Origin: Geosiphon pyriformis uo1
Lineage: Eukaryota; Fungi; Glomeromycota
Reading direction: 5' to 3'
DNA length: 64,000 nt
NCBI GenBank assembly: GCA_016748015.1
Contig: JAAOMT010000061.1
Location: forward strand, 124,001 to 188,000
Part shown: positions 13,501-26,055 of the stretch, in pieces
How positions within the stretch are numbered: position 1 is the stretch's first letter
How the letters are laid out: each line of letters opens with the position of its first letter
Made by a program: the position numbers and the translations under genes
The notes under the pieces: model-generated
Seen by the model: only the letters and a program-made list of their open reading frames with translations
Database searches by the model: none
What the model was told of the DNA's origin: nothing

Positions 13501-14997
13501 ATCAAATAATTTCTTGGCTAATATAGTCCATATTTTTCTAAAATATAATCTGTTTTTAGATGGTCTTACAATCAATGCTTTTTATTTTCAGAATGATGCT
13601 CCTATGTTACTTGTTCTTAGGTAGATCAATGTACCTTAAGTGTACTTCTTTGCTTTAACAGTATGAAATTGCTTTTGTGAACCAACTTTGTAACTGTACT
13701 GGTACAGTTTTCAATTGGAAAACTTTCAAGAAGTGAAAAAAATTGAATCTGTACAGTCCAGTTTCCAATTGGTTTAAGCTTTCTGTTTATTTTTTTGATA
13801 GTGTGGTCTCTTTTTCTGTTTGTTTTCTTTCCTTGGTTAATATTGGCTTGTTATATATTTTTGGTTTTTATAAATTTGTGGTCATTTATAATCATCTGTT
13901 GGGTATTGATACCAATTGCCTTTCTGTCTATACAGATGGATCTCTGCGTGGTCTAAGAACTGTTAACATAAGAGCTAGTGTGGCTGTTTTTTTTAAGAAT
14001 ATTAATTTTGGTTTAGGTGTTAGGGTTTTTGGTTTAATATCTTCTATTATAATGAAGTTATAGGCTATTTTGTTGGTGTTCAAGTGTGTCTTTTTTTCTA
14101 GTTCAATTCAGCTTTTTTCAAACAGCCAAGCTGCTTTGGACACTTGCAAATCAGAATTGGATTTAATATGTCCAGACTTCCAAAACAAATATTGGATTAA
14201 ATGTTATTATTTTGTGGACATTATTCATAAAAAAAATTTAGATATCAGCTGGCATAAAATAAAAAGTCATTTAGGTGTTTCTGGCAATGAACATACTAAT
14301 GCACTCATAAAGGCTGCCTTTTTCTCTGATTGGTACCTCCCTTATCAGATTAAAAAGTGTTACATTAGAACTGGTAGTGGCATTATTTCTGGTAATTCTA
14401 GACATTTTGTTCATGATGTTTTCTGCTCTATTTATTGTGTGCACTAAAAAATTGGTTCTGGTTTTCAGGTTGTGACAAACAGTTTGCATGTGGATGTTAA
14501 TTGGTTTAGATCTTTTTTAGTATGGCACTCTGATTTCTATTTGGCTGTCAGTTTTACTAGTAAGTACACTGCTGGTGTTTACATATACTTTATAAAAGCT
14601 TTATATTACCAGTTCCCTATTGTTGTTTGCAAATATTTATATAACAAGTATTACCCCAGTGTAATGTGTTTGTTTTATGGGAATGTTAAGGTCTTGGACT
14701 ATGCTTTTTTATGCTCATTTGATTTTGCCATTCATGCTCAATTACTAGATACCCATATAATTTATTGAAAGTGGTTTTTTGGTCTTTTTTGTTCTTTTTT
14801 ATGTGTAATATAGTTGTTGTCTTCCCATGTTTTTGTGCATGGCTTTTTGTAAGAGTTTTGTTTTCAATAATTGGTACTGGAAATCACTTTCTGTTTTCAA
14901 AAATTCAAAAATTACAGGCCAAAAAATTGTGGACTTTGTGTACAAGTTTTGCTTTGTGTTCTGAGATGAAATCTGGTTGGCTTATACAAAACACTGA
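10525..14997 (+). pseudogene. LINE B ORF2 (APE endonuclease-RT-RNase H-CCHC), heavily stop-interrupted
   Basis: Chain of + strand ORF fragments 10545-15034 with domain motifs in canonical order. Confidence 0.85.
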
Positions 14998-15854
14998 TGT
15001 TACAAGTAATTACTTGAAGTCTCAAATCAAATAACAAATCTGTAACTTAATGCTCAATAGCTGATCTCATTGGTAATATCTGAAGATTTGGTATCTAAAG
15101 GTTTTAATATCTGAAAATTTGATTAAATTTTTGTATAATAGACAGAGATTCAAGTATTGTTTTATCCATAACTTCTGAGAATCACAATTTTATCAAATTT
15201 TTTTTTAGCATGATGGCTGGTTTATTTTAGCAGTCATGTCTTTCTGATAAGCTATCCTCAATTTTCAAGTGTTCTACTCTTGTTTTACAAGTCTTTTATC
15301 AGACTATCTTTGACATCAATAACTTAGTACTTAATTTCTTTAATAAGTTAGTAACACAACAAAATAAAAAAAATAAAAAAAATAAAAAAAATAAAGAAAT
15401 AAAGAAATAAGCCAAGGCAATAAAGAGTTAGTGTTCCATTAATAGCTGTGATCAAGAATTATTGTTCCAGTGTGATTAAATATTAGATATTATTAACATA
15501 TAGTGTTAATAGTAGAGAGAGTAATTTAAATGATAAATAGTTATTTTATTGATATTGCTAATTCTATTCTGTCAGATCTTGGTATTGATTTTGTCTTTTC
15601 TACTTCTAACACTTTTGCTATATATATATAATTTGGGTTTTATGAGATTACTCACATTTCTAAACAATGTGCTATAATTTTTCAAGCAATGTATCATGAT
15701 TTTCTGACATTGTTCTATATTGTTAAGCAATATGCCATAATTCTTGACAATACTCCACATTGTTAAGCAATATATTTATGTATTAACTACTATTTTTTTA
15801 TTGGTCTATCTGTTTTTTCCACTTATTTTCTTGTATGTTTTTCTATAAATAACA
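14998..15854 (-). repeat. E1 3' LTR (857 bp)
   Basis: TGTTACA...TAACA termini, direct repeat of 24009-24803, adjacent polypurine tract (aaaagaaggagataa on the minus strand). Confidence 0.92.
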
Positions 15855-15867
15855 TTATCTCCTTCTT

Positions 15868-16570
15868 TTAATATTGAGCTCTGTTAAAATTTTTATTTTG
15901 AATTAGGTCCATAACTTTTTTTTCTAATATTGTTTGTTTAACTCTGTCTCTTATATCTTCAATTTGTGAGTTGTTTATTTTTCTCTACTGGTTAATGATT
16001 ATTGTCTCTATGTCAGGATGTAGCAATATTTCTGAGTAGTTTTAAAATATTGTGTGTAGTTAATAATTTGTTCTAATGTGTAGTATCAGATTTGTTTTCT
16101 TTCTAATAATGTCTTTAATATTCTGTACTATCTCTTGATTAAATATTCTTTTGGTTTTATTGAAATATAACTTCTGAATATTCAATTTTTGTCCTAACTA
16201 ATAGTAACAGTATGGTATTAAAAGTTCCATCCACTAATTTCAATTTTTTTTTGTGAGTTTCTTAGTTGGAATTATGATGGGTGTTTTCCCAAAAGTGCTT
16301 TTTACTTTTTCTACTATTTTATCTGACCAGTTTCTTGTTTGGTTCTGTGGTCACTAATATGATGTATTTTTTGCTTTTTTTTTGTTTGGTGTTTCAATAG
16401 CAGATTGTTTGGTAATTGACAACAATTTCTATGTCCAATTATTGTTGGTTTAAGGCCTGAAATAATTGTTGAGCTAAAGTGTAGATATAGTCTGATATTT
16501 CCATTTTTTTTTGTTGCTTTTGTTACATATATTGTGTTTTTATATACTTTTTTGGTCAATCAACTTAACA
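15868..16570 (-). pseudogene. E1 ORF3: accessory ORF of unknown function between integrase and PPT
   Basis: Hand translation gives IYTLAQQLFQAL...YCYY*LGQKLNIQKLYFNKTKRIF...EILLHPDIETIIINQ...FNRAQY*, homologous to the E5 ORF3. Confidence 0.7.
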
Positions 16571-19500
16571 TGTTTGAATTAATAATTATAATTGGTTCTA
16601 AATCTTATGGAATCTCATCTGGTTGGACTAGTATTTATTGTACTCCTAGTTATAGAATATTACTGGTTGATGATGATACTGTATTGTAATATGGTTTCAG
16701 TCAATCACTATGTGCTGCTTTGGCTAAGGTTTTGTTGTTCCATTTCAGTTTATAAGCTTCATTTTTTAGAATTTTTTCAATGTAAAATGGTCTATTCTCT
16801 TTGGGGTCAAATTTTCTATTCCATTGTTTTTCTGCTTTGATATGATATAAAAGTACTTTGTCTTCAATTTTGAATTCAACTGGTTTGTCTGGTAGTTGGT
16901 TATCATGTCATTTTTTTTGTGATCTTTGAATGTTATTAACTGTTTTTCGTTTTTTGTTTTCCAAAATTTCTATTAGTTTATACATTCTTCTTAGCAATAT
17001 TTTTTGTAAATTGGCTTCTGTTATTGGTTCTGTTAAATATGTGTTAATGTTTATCTCTACTGGTAATATTGCTGTTCTATTATAAACAAGTTCAAATAAT
17101 GTTGTTTGTGTGGTATCTTGCTTTATTGTCCAATAAGCAAATAGTATTAACAGTATAAACAAATTCTATTTGTCCTGGTTTTCTTTGCTAATTTTAGTGA
17201 TTGCTTTATACAATGTTTTGTTAAATCTTTCAACTAAACCATTTGTTTGTGGATAATATGATAATAATAATGGTCTCTTGATTTCAGATCTTTGACTTAA
17301 TTTTGTCAATGTTCTGTTTACAAAATAAGTTCTTTGATTTGATAACAATTTTTTTGGACATCTATATTGACAAATCAAATTTTGGTGTACAAATTCAGCT
17401 ATAAATTTTGTATCTGCTCTTTGAATTGCTTTTGCCTCTGGCCATTTGATGAGATAATCTATGGCTACTGCTACATAATAATTGCCTTTGCTGGTTATTG
17501 TTAATAATTTGATTAAATCAATTCCAATTCTGTTAAATAGTTGTCCTATTTTAATTGGCCTTAGTAGCTTACTGAGTCTTGTTCCTCTTCTTCTCTGACA
17601 AGCATTACAATTTTGAATATATTAAATAATGTTTGAATATACTGATGACTAATAATATCTTTTTCTGGTTCTTTCCATAGTTGTTTCTTTATAAAAATGT
17701 TCTGCTGTCAGATCTAAGTGCATGTTGTATAGTATTGTTTCTTTTTCTGATTCTGTGATTACTCTGAGTGATTGATCTGAATCCTTTCTGTTTTTTCGAT
17801 ATAATATGTTTTGGTATATGATAAAATATTTGGATTGTTGTTTTATGTTGTTTTATTTATTTTAAGATAATTTCTCTTTAAACTGCTGGGTATTAATATA
17901 GTGTTGGAATTGTTAATATTTTTGTGTATTCATTTTTTGTTATATTTTTGAGTTAAAATGTTCTTAGATTTGTCTTATTCATGACAAACCATTAATATTT
18001 CTATTTTTTTTTCTTTTTTTGTAATGTACTGTATATTTAAATAGTAAAAGTTCTATTTTCTATCTAGCATAATAGTTGTCTCCAAATTCTTGCTTTTAGA
18101 TTAATGTTAATCCTTTGTGATCAATGTAAATATCAAATTTCTGGCTTAAGTATTTTTTCCATTTTATGACTGCCTAATAAATAGCTAAATATTCTAATGC
18201 TAATGTTCTATAGTTTTTTTCAGCTGAACTTAAACTTCAGCTAGTGTATACTACTAGATGTTCTTTTCTATCTGGTTTTTTCTGTAATAATACTGTTCTT
18301 AATACTTAATCTGATGTATTAATAGTAATAATAAATGATTTATTGTAATCTAAATAGATCAATACTAGTGTTTGGATAAGCTTTTTTCTTAAAATGTTAA
18401 AAGCTTCTTGTTGCTCTTCAGTTCATTCATATTTCACATTCTTGGCTTGAAACTGGTAGAATGATTAAGCCAGTTTGGAAAAGTTTTAAATAAAATATTA
18501 GTAATATCCAACAAATTCTAAGAATGCTCATAGTTCCATCAAATTTGTTGATACTGAAAAGTTTTTGACAATTTTAATCTTGTTTAGATCTGTTTTAATG
18601 TCATCTTTGCTTATAACATGTTCTAAAAATTTCAATTCCACTTTGCCAAAAAAGCACTTGGTTGTATTCAGTTTCAATTCTGCTCTTCTTAACCTCTTGA
18701 ACACTTGCTGAAGATGATGCAAATGATTATTAAATGTTTTTGAAAACACATTAGTATTATCCAAATATATGACTACTGATTTCCATAGCAATCTAATATA
18801 AACAATTTCCATAAGTTATTAAAATATGACTAGAATGTTGATTAAGCTAAATAACATAACTTTAAATTCGAAATTCTTTTTTCTGGTAGTGAACATGATT
18901 TTTTTTTGTTGGCTGAATTCATGGCTACTTGCCAATAACTATTATCTAAATTCAGTATTAAGAACCATTTTTTTTCTCCAAAAGCATTGAATAATTTCTG
19001 AATATATGGAGTTGAATAGCTGTTTTCACAAGTAATACTGTTAAGTTTTTTATAATCTATACAAAAGCAGATTTTTCCATTTTTCTTATGGACTAATACC
19101 ATTGATAATGACCATGAATTCATTAATAGTTGAATTAACTTGTTGTCCAATATTCTGTTGATTTCTTGTTGGATTATCTCATAACTGGCTGGTAGTACTC
19201 AGTATACTCATTGTTTGATTGGGATTGCATTTTCAGTCTTGATTTAATGTTGAATAATGTTAGTTCTGCCAAATTTATTTTCACTTGTAAAAATATTTGT
19301 AAAATTGTTGAATAATATTTTAAGGTGCATTTTTTGAAGTGAGACTAGATTTTCTAAGTTTATTTGTCCAATTGTTCTGATTGGAGCAAATAACATTCTT
19401 CTTGTCTGTATATTGTTTATGATGTGATGTCTACATATTCACACAGTTGTAAAAAATCTGGAATAGTACTTGATAGTTGTTTTTTGACTTTAGTGCTTAA

Positions 19501-19789
19501 ATATTTTATTGTGATTCTTTTTGGTATTTTGATAATGTCTCCAGTTGTGTTGTAGATAGGAATTTTTATGTGTTTTGGGCTTTTAACTGGTATGTAAAGA
19601 TTAATGAGTCCAATTTTTCCTGATTCATAAATTGTAGTTTCTACTTCAAAAATTTGAGCTTGATCTTTTATTCTCTTTTCTATGGCTAACATGTACTGAT
19701 TATATAGTGGAATGGAAATTAATTAATAGGTGGAGATAATTTCTCTTTTGTCAATAGCTTTTTCTTTTGCTATATTAACTGGTACATCT

Positions 19790-20160
19790 ATCTTATCCAT
19801 GAATCTGAATCCACTTATCTCTTTTGCTGTTATTTCTAATTCTTTCTTTTTTTTCCACTAATACTAACTGAGCTATTTTAACCAGAAATAGGAATATTAT
19901 TTGTGCTATTTTTTTATTTAGTTTAATAATATTTTTCTGAGTCATTTTGTAGCATTGCAATAATATTTTTTATTTTTTTTTTTGCTAAACTAGATTTTAA
20001 TACTAATTGCATTATGGTTGTTGCTAGAATTTTTAATGCTATTTTCAGATCAATACAAATACATGAATGTGGTTTTAATTTAATGGCATCTTTTTCTGGA
20101 TATCTCAAGTCAAACTCTGTATCAATATTATGCATGTATTTAGACATAATATCTTCATTA
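19790..20160 (-). pseudogene. E1 dUTPase domain within pol
   Basis: ORF 19923..20243: DTEFDLRYP, LKSSLAKK; motif 5 remnant (SGFRF) near 19800. Confidence 0.75.
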
Positions 20161-21899
20161 TTATTGCTGAACCATTTTAGTTTCTGCTTCTTGGAAAGAT
20201 CAGAAAGTGTAATGTATTGTTTTGGGTTTGAATCTGAGTACAAATAATTGTTATTGGTGTTGCCATTTTAGACTGAGCTGGAACCATTGTTTTTATCATT
20301 ATTGGAGTTTGAATCAAGATTGAACAGTGATTTTGATTCTAATACACAGTGGCTGATTGGTTTTTTTTTTTTTGAAATTGTGTAGATCATGCATGATAGT
20401 AGATTGTAAATAAAGTCACACTTATTACAATATTGAAAGTCACATGAGATTAAACAGTGGTCACATAATTGGGTGTTTAATTATTTTAAATGCTGTTTCT
20501 GCTCCTTTTTTGTTAGTGCCAAGTTTTGATAATAATTATAGAATTCTTTTAGACTAGTTTTGACATCCAAAAAAACATCAAGGTTGAAAATATAAACTGT
20601 TTTAACTGGTTCTGGCAGATTGTTTTTGATCTCCAAAATTTTGCTAGGTAAAGCACCTTCAATCTTAGCACTCATTATTCTCCAAATTTTGTTCTTGTTG
20701 TATAGGTAACTGTTTAAGCATGTCAAAGCACAATTCCATGTGGTATTAAAAAGCATTCTTCTGCTAACCCAATTACTTATAAAAATCATATACAGACACA
20801 AAGTGTTGCATATTTTTTTTTGTCTAAGAATGTTATTCCATATTTTTTTATTAAATAATTGTTCATTACAAGCAAGACATAATTCATTGTTCCACTTGTC
20901 TTGTTATTTTGAATAGCCAAAACATTCTTGGTAGCACAGCTTACAGTAATAGTGAGTATACATTTAGTAATCTTTGTTTGGTAAGACCTAAGCTCCCATA
21001 AATGAAAGCTTTTTCTTGTAGTCAATACACTTAAGAGTAATATAGGGTGGTTTCTTTCTTGTGTTTACTAAATATGGAGTATGCCAACTATTAGTTGTTG
21101 TACTGGTATTATTGGTGATTTGTGATTTGTCTTCCTCTCTCTCTTTTTTTTGTCATCTTATAATAAAATTGGCAGCAGCTTATTATGTTTTTTTTCAGCT
21201 CATAATACTTGGTAGACTTCCCAAGTAGGTTTTTCTTTTTTTTCTTTGAATTTAATTAGTAGTGGTGGTTGAATGGTGCTTGTCTTAAAATGGCTGCAAG
21301 TGGCAGGTACTCAAATTTGGTGGCCATTTTAACTGAGCTGAAGCTTTTGCATGGTTCAGTTAAGGATGATATTGGTTTTGAACAGCCAGTCATTACCAAT
21401 AAGTGCTTAATACTAGGTGGCTTCCATAATAAAAACTTTGATTGATGTGACAATACCACTGACTTTAAAGAGAAAGTCATTGATTTTGTCTATTGGAGTC
21501 TTTGTTACTCTATCAGCAGTAATTATTCATGCATTGGTAGTGCAATTAACTCAGTAACTTAATTGATCTATAAGTTGTTATGTAATAATGCTGCTGGCTA
21601 ATTTACTGTTCAGGATTAGTTTAATGAGTTGACTATCAATAGTGACATTTGTATATATTGTTATGATAGGTTTTAATTCCAGAACAGCTTTACTAAATAG
21701 CAGCATTTTGACTAGTTTCTCAAGTTCAAAGGGAAAGATGGTAGTAAGTAATTTATTTTCAGTAATAATTGCTAGAGATATGTTATTGGTAAGTAGTTGA
21801 GTTTGATTGGGTTCCTGTTTACTGGGTTTGGCATTTTCTAAGATAACCAAAAGACTTAAATAGGTCTGAAAATTTGGGTTTTGGTTGTATCCAGTTCCC

Positions 21900-23960
21900 A
21901 AACTCTGCTGACATAATTCTAATGACTGTTGTGATGAGCTGAAGATTGGTTGGTATATTACTATTACTGATTGCCAATTTTGTTAAATGTGAGTAATTTT
22001 TGGTCTTGAATTTTTAGCTAAAATTTGTGACAGTATTTGAGATTGTTAAGGTTAATAGATAATTTATAACTGCAGTTAATATATTATAAGTGCTGGAGTT
22101 TAATATATAAAAAGTGAGTATATTTGTTGTGTCATGGGTGGATAATAAAGTTGATAAAAATATTGTTCTAATAATTGATTATTGACATAGTTTGGGGTTT
22201 AAAATCAGTGATTAGAGTTTTAATATTAATTTTCCAATTATTGATTATTTAATCTTTGGTAACAATTTATTTTTATGTGTTCTTGTTTACTATAATAGTG
22301 GCAAATATGCATTTCTTGCTGTTATTGTTGACTTGCTAAAAATAAACATGACTGATTCTGGGATTGATTGGAATTTTCTGGATTTTTATGATGTTGTAGA
22401 GACTAATAAATTGCCTGATTGCTATTATTAGCTAAGTACTCTTTAATTTTCTGGTTGATTAAATCACTGAATTGTTTCAATTTAGAATTCAATTTAGATG
22501 ATCTGTTCATTACTAAATTTATGGCTTGGGCATAGTTGGCTTCTAACTCTGCTAATTTAAAATTTCGGACATGTATGACTGCATCTTAAAGTGTATTTGG
22601 GTGCATTAAACATACTCTTTGTAACAAGCTACTGCACAACCTGTAAATGAACTAATTCAGAATTTGTGGCACTGTAAAGTAGTCAGCTTTAATTGCTTGT
22701 ATTTGGCACAGATTTTTGTAAAAACGTCCCAAGTAGGTGGTGACTGCTTCAGTATTACTTTGTTTGATTATGGTGAAATTATTGGCTAAGCAGTTAATAC
22801 TATTATTATCACTAAAATACTGTAGAAATGTGGTTTTAAATATGTTAAAGTTTTGTGGTTTGTTAATGAGATTTTGATACCATAAATTGGCAGTATCTTG
22901 GAGAAAATATGGAATTGTTTGAAGTGTTTTGGTGTCATTTCAGTTATTTGCTGTGATTGCTTTAGCAATGTTATTCAACCAGGCTTTAGTATTATCCTCT
23001 TTGCCAGTGAATTTTTCAAGTTTTGCAATTGGCATATAAACCATTAGTTGTTGTAGCTATTGTTGAAGTTATAGTTGTGGTAGTTGTTGTTGAGATTGGA
23101 ACTGCGGCTGTTATAGTGATGTAGCAACTGGTAGTGGATTAATCACAATTACTGGAGATAAGTTCTGCTAATTAATAGTATTAGAGTTCAGATTGTTTTG
23201 ATTTTGCTAAGTTGTAACAATTGGAGTTTGGATTTCTGGATTTTCTGGAATTGGATTTTGATAATTGAATTCCTGATCTTTGTTTTTTTCTTTTTCTGAC
23301 TCTGTTATTTCTCAAAAACTCACAGTTCCAAAATCTGGCTGAGATGACAGTGATCAGAATTCTGATGGCATTGGTGATCACAAATTAAATTCTTTGAAAT
23401 AATCACTATAGGTTTCTAATAATTTTGCTTTTTTTTGTTTACTTTGAAACAAAAATTGGGCTAATGCTGTTTTTGCATTTGATGTAGACATGCCTGTTGC
23501 TGAAATGTTGATAGTCTGAGTGTATAGTGGTATAATAAATTGGTTAGTGATTCAATTTTTGTTTTCTTCCAAGTAAGTGATTGTATTCTCTGAAATGTTA
23601 ATATTGATGTTTGTAATTTTTTTTTGTTCTTGTTTGCATAGGTAATTGGATATCTTTGTTGAGTGTAATTTTCAATTTTTCGATTGATTTCAGTGATAAT
23701 AGATGTGAAATTATGATTTACTGATAGACTGGTGTTTTAAATAAATTTGTTGTAAAAATTTCCTTTTGTTGATTTGATATCTACTGGTGCTCCTAAAAAA
23801 TAAGAAATTCTTTTGTTGACATAAAAATTAAAGGCTAATTCTGCTGATAAGTGATTGCTAGTTAATTTTAAGTGTTAACAGTAATGTTAAAATAAAAATT
23901 TGGCAAATCCTAAATGGTTTGTTCCTATTCTTTTTGATTCTGCCACTTTTAGATGGTTGT
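21900..23960 (-). pseudogene. E1 Gag (long N-terminal extension, Gln/Pro-rich linker, retrotransposon capsid, CCHC knuckle remnant)
   Basis: Minus strand reads ...YMPIAKLEKFTG...AIPYFLQDTA...QILNQFI..., and a decayed CxxC-xxxx-H-xxxx-C knuckle lies near 22270-22310. Confidence 0.7.
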
Positions 23961-23991
23961 TATTGGTGCTGGTTTTCTGTAAAATTATACT

Positions 23992-24008
23992 TTACAGGAA
24001 GCACCAAA
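23992..24008 (-). promoter_or_regulatory. E1 primer-binding site (TGGTGCTTCCTGT...)
   Basis: TGG-initiated sequence 2 nt inside the 5' LTR end; matches the E2 PBS (TGGTGCTCCCTAT). Confidence 0.8.
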
Positions 24009-24803
24009 TGTTACAAGTAATTACTTGGAATCTCAAATCAAATAACAAACTCATAACTTGGTGCTTAATAGTTGATCTCATTGATAATATTTGAAGATTT
24101 CATATCTGAAGATTTTGGTATCTAAAAATTTTAGTATTTGAAAGTTTGGTTGAGTTCTTTGTATAATGGACAAAAATTCAAGTGTTGTTTTATCTGTAGC
24201 TTCCTGAAATCACAATTCTATTAAATTTTTTTCTTTAGCGTAGTGACCAGTTTATTTTAACAGTTGTGCCCTTTTAATAAGCTATTCTCAATCTTTAAGT
24301 GTTTTACTCTTGTTTCATAGATCTTTTACTAGGTTATCCTTGATGTCAATAACTTAGTGCTTAATCTCTTTAATCAATTAATAATACAACAAAAAAAAGT
24401 AAAATAAAAAAATAAAAAAAATAAAGAGATAAAGAAATAAGCCAAGACAATAAAAAGTTAGTATCCTATCAATAGACATGATCAAGAGCTATTGTTCTAA
24501 TGTAATTAAGTATCAAATACTATCAACATATAGTGTTAATAGTGGAAAGAGTAATTTAGATAATAAATAGTTATTTTATTAATATTGCTGGTTCTATTCT
24601 GTCAGATCTTGGTATTGATTCTGTTTTTTCTACTTCTAACATTTTTGCTATATATACATAATTTGGGTTCTACAAGATCATTCACATTTCTGAGTAATGT
24701 GCTATAATTTCTTAAGCAATATGCTTATATGTTAAGTACTATTCTCTTATTGGTCTATCTGTTTTTTCTACTTATTTTTTTGTATGTTTTTCTATAAATA
24801 ACA
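24009..24803 (-). repeat. E1 5' LTR (795 bp)
   Basis: Direct repeat of 14998-15854 that differs mainly by transitions and by tandem-repeat copy number. Confidence 0.92.
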
Positions 24804-25019
24804 GTGCTTTAGTTGCTACCAAAGACAGCTTTTTACGATTATTAAGTAACAAAAAGACTTCTAAAACATTCTGTCTGGTTGCTTTTACAACAGAGAGAGC
24901 TCTTCTGATTGAAATTTTATTAGATATTTTAAGAAAAATATCAAGTATAGCTTTTTTACTTTTTGCTCTAGTTATGGTTATAAAATTAAAAAGACAAAAA
25001 GTTTTTTAATTTTAATATA

Positions 25020-25800
25020 TTGTAAATAAACTTTAAAAATATTATAATAAGTTGTTTTAAATTTATTATTAAATTTAATATATATGTCTATTATATATAT
25101 AAGTTTTTAAATTATAAAAAAGTTTAAATATTTATAATTTTTTAAGTTATATAAGTAAAAAAAAAGTTTTGTTTTATTGTTTTAATTAAAATTACTAGAA
25201 AAATTCTTTTAAATTTTTTTTTAATTGGATTTTTTGCTTATAGCAAATTTGATTTTTTTTATAATAATAAATTTTCGATTTTTTTATTTTTGTAATAAAT
25301 TTAATAGTAAAAAATACTTTAAATAAAAATCAAAAATTGTAAATAGTTCTGTAAAATATGTAAAAAAACTTATAACCTAATAAGTTAATATTATTTAAAA
25401 AACTGTTTAAAATTAAAATATATAAAAGTTTTATTAAATTCTTTAAGAATATTTATAATAACAAATATTAACTTAATAAATAACTACAAAATATAAATAA
25501 TTTGAATTAAAAAAGTTTTATTTTTGCTGTTTGAAAGATTTTTTATAATTTTTTATTTATAAAGTTAAAAAACATAAGAATTTATATAAATATAAAATTG
25601 ATATCAAGTTTGTAATTAAGATTAATAATATTAAAACCAAATATAATTTAATTTTTTACTTAATAATTAATGTGTTTATTAATAATATAATTTAAATTAA
25701 AAATAATTAAGCAATTACTTAATATATATTAAATATTGTTAATAAATTTTTTATAATTTTACAGATTATTATTAATTATAAAACTTAATTGATTTTGTAT
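25020..25800 (+). pseudogene. Fossil LINE RT fragment, almost fully converted to A/T
   Basis: Remnants collinear with ACSKFDVLRGDNFS (about 25235), LWRIFYDPLLCEVK (about 25530) and FVDDTIW (about 25675). Confidence 0.65.
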
Positions 25801-26055
25801 TAAAAAATATATATATTAAATAAAATAAATTAATAAAAAAATTAAAATTTAAAACCAACTTACCAAAAATTTTTAATAAAATATGTATAATTTTCTATTA
25901 TATTAAAAATAATTATATATATTTAATTTAAAAACTAAAAAACTTCTTTCTCTTTTATTTCCAAAAATTCTCGAAAAGCACATTTTCTGTGAAAAGAAGT
26001 TTTTTTGTTTTTTAGTTTATATCAACATTTATTTACTTAGTAATAATCCATTTTT

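Larger units (their letters stand above)
8608..14997 (+). mobile_element. LINE B: degenerate RNase H-bearing non-LTR retrotransposon, cut at its 3' end by Ty3 element E1
   Basis: 5' end cttttttctttc follows an A-run. ORF1 fragments 8930-10531. ORF2 fragments carry APE (ATYNIRS, TETK, GNFN), RT (DMHKAYD, FYDPLL, FIDNTI), RNase H (VYTDGS, NSQAAL, KIKSHLGVSGNEHTN) and the C-terminal Cys motif. Confidence 0.9.
14998..24803 (-). mobile_element. Ty3/Gypsy LTR retrotransposon E1, full length but degenerate (Gag-PR-Cys-rich-dUTPase-RT-RH-IN-ORF3)
   Basis: Paired LTRs 14998-15854 and 24009-24803, PBS at 23992-24008, PPT at 15855-15869. RT (FCIDYKKLN, YLDNTNVFS), IN (PQTNGLVERFNKTL), Gag capsid and zinc knuckle near 22270-23040, protease near 21330-21680. 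Confidence 0.93.
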
